The position numbers and the translations under genes are program-made. Positions 1 through 9,385 of a stretch of DNA of 20,000 nucleotides are shown here, piece after piece. The notes under the pieces were generated by a model. It was given only the letters and a program-made list of their open reading frames with translations, ran no database searches and had not been told where the DNA came from. The stretch spans positions 181,234 through 201,233 of the forward strand of contig JAMDHS010000036.1 of NCBI GenBank assembly GCA_029717555.1, written 5' to 3'. Every line of letters begins with the position of its first letter. Within the stretch, counting starts at the first letter, position 1. This stretch comes from Peribolospora baueri. Its lineage: Eukaryota.

Positions 1-1236
1 CCCGCCCATCCACCCGTTTTGGTGTCTGCTCTTTTCATCTCTCTTTTCTCTATTCTTTGCACAGGTTTCTAAACGCTCTCCTCTTATAGCGATGACAAAA
101 TTCGGTCTTGCCGCCATCACACCGCCTCGTCTGTCCATATGTACGCGACCACCTCTCCTTCCGTTCGGTCCCTTCTTTCCATCCCGCCCCGCTTCCTCTG
201 CAATCCAGCAGCCAATTAGACATGTACAAATACGGTGCGGCGCCTCCACTCTTCTCCAGAGCGACTTTCGGTAAGCCAGTTTAGTTGGCCAGTCGGTTCT
301 GTCCCGTCCTGTCCGGCAAGGGAGAATACGAAACGAAACGAAACGGGCACGGGCACGGGGCCATCCATCATCCCCCAGCCGGACCTGAAGGCGCGTTCGG
401 GCTCGACTCCGCATTCATTGGCTTTCTAGGCGGCGACGGGCAGGAGGGCAGGCGGGGCAGGACTGGTGTGGCTTCTTCGCTCCCGGACCATGTAACAGGG
501 TACTTACTGTGCGAGCAAGCCGCTCGAGCGAGTGCTCGACGGCGCTGGAGGGGAATGGGATGTGTGCGTGCACGTCGCAACATACACACACCGTGCCGTG
601 CGTATGGTGATTCGACCCTCGGCGTCGTCCGTCGAAAAACGAACGTAATCCTCCCCTTTTCGCCCATTCCGACCAAGAGTCTCTCTTCTCCTCACACGAC
701 ATGGCCGTCACGTTATATTCATCGACGTTGCCATTTGATTGCTATTATTGCTATTGCCCGTTTGGTTGCTTTACCATTCAGCGTTCTCGGCTACATCATC
801 TTACCCGCCGATCGGCCTTTCACTACACTACTACGTACGTGACGTGGACGTTGCTCGACCTTGCTGCCCCTCGGTCGGCCCGCCCGAAAACCAGCGGAGA
901 AGCGAACCGAGACGAATCGAATGGGAGACGGATGGATGCGAAGGATGGGATGGGGACGAGAGAGGAGAGGAGGGTATGGCGGGACGAGAGGGGAAGAAAA
1001 GGAAAAAGAGGGCGATGAAAAATTTTCAAAGAAAAAGAAGGAACGAGGAAGGTTGGTTCGATGGAGGGCATAGAAAGCATATACAGGACAGGACGTACGA
1101 GGAGGCCAAACGAATCGAATCGCGAATGGAATCGAAAGACCGGATCAAGAATCAAAAAAGCCTAAGAATTCGACATGAAAGGAAAAGAAAAAAACGCTTA
1201 TCCAAACGACCCGATGCAATGGGCTCCAACAACCGA

Positions 1237-4200
1237 TCAAGCCGACGCCGAGCCGGACTTATCGCCCTGCCCTCCCGCCGCGGCCGTCGGCGTCTGAGCG
1301 CGACTGACCTCACCAGACTCCTTTTCTGTGCCTGCTGCGCTCGACGGTCCTGCGCCCGCACCCGCACCGCTGGCAGATTTGGATGGCGGAAACGTGGACG
1401 TGGACGTAGCCGTCGCGGCAGCGGCCGCCGCCTCGGCGTCCTCGTTATCGTCATCCAGCTCGTCTACCTCTCCGGCCTCTTTTTCGTCTTCCTCTGTCGG
1501 CGCCGCGGGCCCGTTCCTGCCAGCCGCCGTCGCCGCCGGCACAGTGGGCAGAGGTGCATCGACGCCAGCGGCCGCCGACGAGGAGGACGCGGGCGGAGCA
1601 CCGGGAGACCGAGGAGGAGATCGGCTCCTAGCTCGCTTTGACGCGTCGTCCCTGTGCCCTTGAGCCGGGCTCGGGCCTCTCTCGTCGTCCCGTGCTCGCT
1701 TTCCGAGCGCACCGGGAACGTCAGCGTCTGACCGGCCGCCACCGGAGCGGGGTCGAGGCGCGGCGGCGGTGGCGCTTCTCGAAGGCGAGCTATGAGGAGC
1801 ACTGGAGCCACCGTTGACTTCGGCCCGAGCAGATGCAGCGCCGGCGAGACCCATGAGAGCGTCGGCGGCGCCGTCGTCATAGTCCTCGTCGACGAGCCTA
1901 GAAGGAGGGGGCCCGGGTCTGGTGTAGGACGACGACGTCCTGGGGCTCGCCGGAGGCGACTTGGCGCGAGAGGGCGATGAGCCAGTCGAGGGTGGCCTGT
2001 TTTCCTCTTTCCTACCCGCCGCTCCCGACGTCGAAGATTTGCGATCGCTGCCCGAGCTCAAAGGAGCGCTCCGAGCATGGGCAGCGCTCGGCGAGCCAGA
2101 CGTCGCCGCGGCGGTGGCACCCTGTTCATCCACCCGCTCTTTCCTCTTCCTCCCATTCCCGTTTCCGCTCCCGTTCTCGAAGCCGATCGGACTGGCAGAG
2201 ACGCGAGCCCTCGCTCCCGACCCGGCCTCCTCCTTTCCCTTCGCACCGCCGCCACCACCACCACCACCACCACTAGCCCTTCCCCTTGTGGGCCTGCCCT
2301 TGGTCGCCGGCTGAGGAGTGAGCGCGCCGCTGTCGGACGAAGGGGGTGGTGCGGCGGTAGCCGCGGGCGGAGGGTGCATCGCGCCGCTTCCGCTTTCGCC
2401 GCCTTCTTGTCTGGCCCACTCGACCGTTCCCCTCTCTCGCTCAGGCGCCTCGCCCGCGTACACCTGCTTTCGAGAAGGAGTAGAGGAAGAGGGAGGCGGC
2501 GGCGGCGGCGGCGCGCCGTAATAGCCACCTTGGGTCGAGCTTTCAGGGCCCCACGGCCGGTCGTTACGCGGATCGTACCGGCGGTCGTGCTCGTAAGGCG
2601 AAGCGTCGTATATGTGTCGACCGTGCGGCGGAGGCGGAGGGTAGCCGCCAGGCGAAGGCGGCCTGCCTCCGGACATGCGCCTACTCTCGCGCGACGGTGA
2701 CTGGGGGCCGCCGTGTGCGCTCGGCGGCCGACCGTACGCAGCGGGCGGAGGGTAGTGTTGGCCCGGTGACGCGCCGGTCCGAGCCTGACCTTCGACGGCA
2801 GCCCGGCTCCTCCCCCAATCTCTCCGATCTCGCTCGTCGTAGACTGGATGGTGTGAAGGAGGCGGGCCATACCTGCCATCAGGAGGATACGGGGTATAGC
2901 CGTGCTGAGACGGGTACGGAGGAGGGTAGCCCTGCTCGTGCTTCGTCCTGGGCGAGGTGCGCGGCGAGGGCGAAGGGCCATACCGACGGTCGTGTGGTCC
3001 GGGGCCCGGCGAGGGACCGCGCTCATGGGGTGGAAGCGCGTGCGGAGGCGGACCGGTAGGTTCATGTCTCAACGGTGGCGGTGGAGGCGGCGGCGGCGAA
3101 GGACGACCATAGTGGCCCGGCGGCGGCGCATGCTCGACCTCCATAGGAGCGAGAGGAGTATGAGGCGGCGGCTTGGTCCCGCGGTCATCAATGTTGGCGA
3201 TCTGTGGCGGCTGACCGCGGAACGGATCTTGACCAGCGGGCGAGGGCGGGCGCGGTGGCAGTCCTGGACCTGGGAGCTGTCGAGGACCATCGCCACCTTC
3301 GCCGATGGGCGGCGGCGGCGGCGGCGGTGGCGGTCCGCGCGCACCTCCTCCCGGCCCTTCCTGAGGCGGATAGCCTCCTGGGGCCGAAGGCCCTCCGGCC
3401 GGAGCGGAGGCTGGGGCCCCAGAAAATTGCGACGGAGGTCCGGCAACACCTTGAGTGGCATACGCCGTAGGATGAACGTCCTGCGGCATGGGAGCGCTCG
3501 GAACCTGACCTCCGGTCTGCTGTGCGTTCCTCAAGAGGGCCAACCTTTGCTTGATGCTGTGATTGTTCGGGTCGAGGTCGGCGGCACGCTGGTAAGCGTC
3601 GATGGCGTCGTTGACCTGGTTGTTGCAGCTCTCGTAGAGCGAGCCGAGGTCGAACCAGACTTCGGAAATGTAAGGGTTGAGCCGAATGGCGCGCGAGTAG
3701 GCGTCCAAGGCGTCTCGGAACTGGTTGATTTGGTAATAAAGCACACCGATGGAGCACCAGAACGTCGGGTTTCGCCCGTCCCGGTAGACGGCTTGCTGGT
3801 ACGCCTCGTACGCCTTCTTGTAGTTCTGACCGGCCATGTAAGAGCGACCGAGAAGATACCAGCTCTGCGCATCGTTGGCATCTGGGAAACCGGGAGAGAA
3901 GGAAACCGGATAAGTAAGGCGGTGGCCGCTCACCATTCGCCTCGTTCGACCCACTCACCCGACTCCAAGCTCTTGGTCAAGTACTGTATCGCCAACTCCT
4001 GGTTGGCGAAACTGGCGCCATTCTGGTGGTAGAGCCAGCCAAGCTGCTGCAAGACTTTGGCGTGCGTGGGGTTTTCCGCAAGCACGCGCTCATAGGCGTC
4101 TTTCGCCAAGTTGTACTGGAAGACGGGCGACCGCATACATGATCAGCATCACATCGGTCGCTGCTGTGAGAAGCTTGTGAGTCTCAGAAAAAGAAGCGCT

Positions 4201-5784
4201 GAAAGAGACTCACGTCTTTCTGCTGCTCATAAACGTGCCCGATTTGGAACCAGATGTCGATCTCGGTCAGAGGCCTCGGAGGGTTGCTGAGGATGTATCG
4301 GAAACACTGCCGAATCCGTTCGGATGCGCGACCGCTACGTGTCAGCACACACAGTTCACGAAGAAAACGGACGGCTCTGGAGTATTTAACGTCCCGGGGA
4401 CCGACGCTCACTTCCAAGCTCTGATCATACCGATGCTGGTGCTTGTAAATGATACCAAGGCGGAAATAGATCTCGTTTGCCTTGTCATAAGCTGTGAAGC
4501 CCCGCGCGCGCAAGTCCGACCAAAGCGAAAAAGAATCAGCATCGCAGAACCTCACGACCACACCACGTCCAGTGCACGAGAGAAGCATCTATTGGACGGA
4601 ACGGCCACTCACAAGGGTCCATTCTCACAACGCTAGCGAAAGCTTCCTCCGCGTGCTGCAAGCTGCCGTATCGGTCGTAGAGAATGCCGATGCCGTACCA
4701 GAGCTTGGGCTCTTTCGGGTTCGGCAGGTGGTACAACGCCTGCTGATAGGCGGTGTATGCCTTTTGTAGATCGTCCATCATGAGGTAGCAGTGGCCTTTG
4801 CAATCGTTTGCCGGCGACCAAGAACGGGGGACAAATCACCGTGTTGTTGAGTGACAAAAATGGGCGCCGATCGCGTCGAAGCGAGAAGATTCGATCTGAC
4901 ACTCACCCAACGCTCCCCAAGTCTCTCCGTTCTCCGGAGACAAATGGAGGACACGTTGAAAATAGTCGACGGCCTGTCGGAAGGGGAAAGAGCGGCAGGC
5001 GGTCTGAGCGCGATCGGGCTGAAGGCACTGGCTTTTCGATCACGGGCTTCGCGTTGACGGCTCACCTTGGCATGCTGATCCAGTCCCCTGTACACGGTCG
5101 CTATGTCACTGAGCGCCTGGATGGAATACGGGTTATGCCGAAGGGCTGACTCGTAGGCAGCAATCGCACGGTCGTAATCTTCCATCTGCTCCGCCACGCG
5201 ACCTGTTCGAGCGAAGGCGAAGGAAAATAAAGTATAGGACGGACGAGGTCAGAGGGAAAAGTGGCCGAAACGCATCGGATACCGGAGAGCACGGCATCCA
5301 AAGAAAGTAGCGCACGCCGCCCGCTCGAAAATGAATAGCTCGATTTCCCATGATTGGCGAACGGCAAGTTTTCACTCGTGGCCAAAACCTCCACCTCGGG
5401 AAGGGATGCAGATAGATGGGAAAGAGAAAAAAATCGCCAAAAGCTCCCGACCTTTACAGGTACTCACCGATTTGCAACCAGGCGGCCTCGTTTGCCTGCG
5501 CGAGCTTGGCCAATGTCCCATTCGGCGGTGGCCCCTGTCCCGGCGCGCCGCCAGGCCCGGGCGGGGCGCCTTCCGGTCCCCTTCCCGGCGTGGGGGGGCC
5601 CGGTGCTCCTTGAGCGCCGGCGCCGGCGGGAGGCCCTGTCATGGGCACTCCTGCGCCGTTCTGCATCCCTGTTGAGCCGGGAGGCGGCGGGAGAGGTGGA
5701 TGACCGGCGGAAGACGGCGGAGGCGGAGGAGGCACGCCATTTTGCTGATGTTGGGCCGCCTGCTGTTGTTGCTGCTGTTGTTGC

Positions 5785-5816
<32 letters not shown>

Positions 5817-6419
5817 CTGCTGCTGCTGCTGTTGTTGTTGTTGCTGCTGGTGCTGCTGGTGAAGATGGTGCTGGTGTTGCTGCATTTGGTGAGCCGTCAT
5901 AGGGTGCCCCATCGGCGGAGGCGGCCCACCATTCATCATGGCCGCTTGCTGAGCCGCGGCGGCGGCGGCAGAGCCGGGAGGAGGACCGGGCATGCCATTC
6001 ATAGGGGGACCGGCTCCGGGCTGCATGGCCCCCATTGGGGCGCCGGGCCCGCCTGGAAGGACGCCGGAGGGAGGAAGAGGCTGAGGTGCGTGGAGAGGCG
6101 TGTGGATGGGCGTGCTCTGGCTGTGCGAAGATGCGCCTGGAGGGGGCGGACCGGGCTGATTGGCGGAAGGATGAGCGCCGGGCGGCGGGGGTGGGCCTCT
6201 GTGGGGATGGTACTGAGATGGATGGGGTGCATGGTGGGGAGGCATAGGTTCGGCGCTCATGGGCGGAGGCGGCGGGGGCGCATAGTGTGCGACGGGCGGT
6301 AGGGGGTGAGCGGGATGGTGCGGATGAGAGGCATGCTGGGGGGGTCCAGGCGGAGGAGGACCTTGCTGTGGGTGATGATGGGTGGGATGGTGATGAGAAC
6401 GATGGGAGGGGGGGGGCAT
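1237..6419 (-). CDS. SSN6: General transcriptional corepressor Ssn6/Cyc8 (TPR-repeat protein; Sql1-like in smut fungi), ~1437 aa, 8 exons
   Basis: Hand-spliced exons (minus): 6419-5468, 5202-5066, 4973-4907, 4795-4613, 4491-4412, 4306-4214, 4115-3959, 3881-1237. All introns are GT..AG with consistent phases; total 4314 nt. Joined protein has the Cyc8 TPR array (NEAAWLQIGRVAEQM, ETWGALGHCYLMMDDLQKAYTAYQQALYHL, EPKLWYGIGILYDRYGS, NEIYFRLGIIYK, DIWFQIGHVYEQ, QSWYLLGRSYM, NPTFWCSIGVLYYQINQFRDALDAYSRAIRLNPYISEVWFDLGSLYESCNNQ) between Pro/Gln/His-rich low-complexity ends. Confidence 0.96.
5760..5849 (-). repeat. Coding CAG/CAA repeat, 30 consecutive Gln in Ssn6 exon 1
   Basis: 90 nt of CTG/TTG triplets on the + strand, in the exon-1 frame, preceded in the protein by QQHQHHLHQQH. 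Confidence 0.95.
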
Positions 6420-6789
6420 CGTCGTTCACTCGGCGCGTGTCGTGGTGGCCGGGTAAGGGCCGGCGAAGAGAAGGAAGGACGGCGGGGGACTGTGATCGAC
6501 GTCAGACGGAGGTGGATGATGACGGCGTGGCTTGGATGGAGGGAGGGGGGGTGGTGGAAGAGGAGGAGGAAAAAAAGTGGAGGTGGCGAAGAGGAAGGAG
6601 TGGATGGATGGAGGCGGCGGCGGGTTGATTGATGTATGGAGGGGGTCGCGTGTTGGGATGGGATGGGATGGTGGTGAAGAGGAGGAAGGAAGGAAGCCGG
6701 GCGGGCGGGCAGGCGGGAGGTTTTGATGAGGAGGGGCAGGCGCAGGGAAGGGAAAGGGAAGGGATGGATATGGATGGATGAATGACGGG

Positions 6790-7245
6790 ACCTTGCTTGG
6801 GCTTGCTCAGAGCTTGATGAGTTGGCTTGGCTTAGCTTTGCCTGACTTGGCTGAGCTTGCTTGACTTGATGCCGAGCTGGCGTCACCTTTCATACTTAGC
6901 GGTCGCTGCGCCACGCTAGCAGGCGGCAGTGGATGGACGGGCGGAGGGCGGAGGCGAAAGGCGGAGGGCGGAGGGCGGATGGGCATGGATAGATGGGACG
7001 TGGACCGGACAAGGACAGGATAGGACAGGACAAAACGGGACAGGACATGACACGGACACGGACACACGGACACGGACCCGGACACGGAAACGGACACGGA
7101 CATGGACATGACATGGAATTGGACATGGATGGACAACGCGCAAGTCGAGTCAAGGTAACTAACTAATCGACTAACTAACGAACTAAGCACCAAACTAACC
7201 GGCCCACCGACCGCTGGCGAACTAACTTGGCGAGTGCGACTAAGT
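6790..7245. repeat. Mosaic of degenerate short tandem repeats upstream of SSN6
   Basis: GCTTG-like units ~6790-6870, GGCGGA/GGCGGAG ~6940-6978, GGACA/GGACAC/GGACAT ~7000-7135, ACTAA units 7158-7243. Confidence 0.75.
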
Positions 7246-8720
7246 GGCGTCCCTGCTGTATGTACTCACTCTAGCCTCACCTCGGCTTGCTCGCATGACC
7301 CCGTTCTACTTAGCGCTGGTTTCGGCCGTCGGGGCGGGCGGACGGACGGACGTCGGCTTCGACCCGCTCGCTCGAGCCTTGTCCCAAATGAAGCCTCCGC
7401 CCGCGCGGCAACATACATACATAGTAAGACATAGGCAGGCAACATGATATGATGTCTGCGCGACACGGCAGCCCACCGGCGTCCTGACCAGACCGGCTGC
7501 CGACAAGCGACCTGCCGACAGACAGACAGACAGATCAGCCCATCCCACCCACACGCAAGCCTCGGACGGGATGGGATTGTTTTCGAGCGGATGGCGGCAC
7601 GCAAGCACAAGAACAGGCCAGCTATGCAGCGCAGGGCAGCGCAGGACAGTGCAATATAGCGCAGTGCAATATAACGCACAGCAGAGCAGAGCAGACTGGA
7701 GGAAGGAGTCGCCGTAGAATTCTACCGACCAGGAGGACGGTCGAATACGCGCGCATGTACATACATACATGTACGTCGTCTGCCCCTGCTCGCCACCTCC
7801 ACGGCCGACCGACCGATCTCGAGCGTCCATGTCGGATCTAGTGTGGCGGCAATGGCAACGACGGCCGGCGTCTGCCATACGCGCTCGACTCGTGGCCACC
7901 TGCGTCTTCCCTTGTCATCGTCAAGCTCGTCGAGTGACGCACGCACACACACGGCCGGCCGGCGCTCGCGCGGACGACGGAGACGCCTCCCATGCACGCG
8001 ATCTAAAACGAGTCGGTGCGCTAGCGCGGGCTGCTGCCGACTTGCAATGTCCAGTAACTAATTAGCTGGCAGACTAGAGCGCTTGCTGTGCGTTTGCTGC
8101 TGCACCATGTCCATGTCATGTCCATGTCTATGTTCATGTCGCCGACCCACCCACGTCGTAGGTCAGTCGGTCGTCGGTCGGCGATGCCGCGCGCATCTGG
8201 ATGGATCTGGATCGGCGGCTGCGTCTGCGTCTGCGTCAGTCTGCGTTAGCCCGCGTCTGCCTGCATGGTGCATCTGCATCATCAGCTTCTGCCTGCATCC
8301 ACTTCAAGCTTCTCTGCTTCCGCCTCCGTCTCCGTCTCCGTCACCTTCTGCTTCCCTCGTGCCATCCATACATAGCCTTGCCTCCTTCCTTGCCTCCGTC
8401 TGCCACATGCAGGTACCGCTGCTCACCGTGCAGCGCACACATGCATCGATCGTCCATCCATTCATCCATCCCACTCTCGGCTCGGCTCGGCTCGGCTCGA
8501 AGCGTCGAGTGGCGTTGCGTCCACGACTTGACGCCACGTAACCCGCGCCCGCCCTCCCGCCCGCCAACCAGCCAGCCCGCGCACGCGCCAGGCCCGTCCA
8601 TCCGCCGCAGCCTTCGTCCTTCTTTTTCTTCCCCGGCCCGTCCGCCGGGGCTGCCGAGTGGGCGATCTTGATCGATCGGGTCGGCCGGCGCGTGTACCCG
8701 CCCGCCGTCCGTCATTGCTG

Positions 8721-8740
8721 TTTTTTTTTTTTTTTTTTTT
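8721..8740. repeat. Poly(dA:dT) tract, T20
   Basis: 20 consecutive T in GC-rich intergenic DNA between the TRM2 3' end and the SSN6 5' end. Confidence 0.95.
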
Positions 8741-9059
8741 GAGCCCGTACGACTCCGACGGGCCCGCACTGCGCGTGCGTTGCGTGCCCTACAGTAGGGG
8801 AACCTACGTACGTGCACGTGCACGTTCCATCCGACCCGGTCGCATCCTCACCGCCAAGCGTCCCCAAGATCTCTCGAGGCCAAACGAGGACGCGGCGATC
8901 GACGGTCAGAAAATAGACAAGCCGCACGACCGACCGACCCACCCTTTTAGACGCGCTTTCGATCGATGCATCATCGCCCGCCGTACGTGACAGACAAGAC
9001 ACTCGGACCACCCATGGACGGTGTTCTACCGTGCGGACAGGATGGTCGACAGACCAGGC

Positions 9060-9060
<1 letters not shown>

Positions 9061-9108
<48 letters not shown>

Positions 9109-9120
9109 GGCAGGCAGGCA
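9061..9120. repeat. Compound microsatellite (GACA)12(GGCA)3
   Basis: Read directly from the sequence, ~270 bp downstream of the TRM2 stop. Confidence 0.95.
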
Positions 9121-9385
9121 TGCCGACGTCCTCGTGTCACGTCCGCCTATCCGCCCGTCCTTCATGCGAGACGTTCCAAGAACCTTCATTCATGGTTCCC
9201 CCCCCAGACGGACGGACGGATGTCGACATTGCATTGTTCGCTACCCTCGTTGTATGTAATCTTAATGAGATGGCCAATATGGAGATTCCCGATGGAACGC
9301 GATCGGCTAAACGGACGAAGACGAGGACGAGAACTATAACGGCACGACGACGCAGCGTGTGGCTAGCTAGCTACCATGACGGCCT

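Noticed and set aside
972..977. Single AUACCC (Khd4-type) site in the presumed SSN6 3'UTR
   Set aside because: One hexamer in ~1 kb is compatible with chance, and the UTR extent is unknown.
739..1641. 300-aa plus-strand ORF with a hydrophobic start and basic middle
   Set aside because: Non-ATG start. It is made of A/G-rich sequence antisense to the SSN6 3'UTR plus antisense CDS, with no protein-like features.
2058..4032. Long overlapping ORFs (2902-4032 +, 2058-3065 -, 2077-2700 +, 3188-3958 -)
   Set aside because: Shadow frames of the GC-rich SSN6 last exon. They are Arg-run low-complexity translations with no recognisable domains.
5464..6429. 321-aa alternative-frame ORF and antisense poly-Leu ORF (5700-6302) over SSN6 exon 1
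   Set aside because: By-products of the Pro/Gln repeat codons. The 6429 start is GTG, not ATG.
7000..7245. CRISPR-like or telomeric array
   Set aside because: Eukaryotic context, 4-7 nt degenerate units with no repeat-spacer structure, and no tandem TTAGGG.
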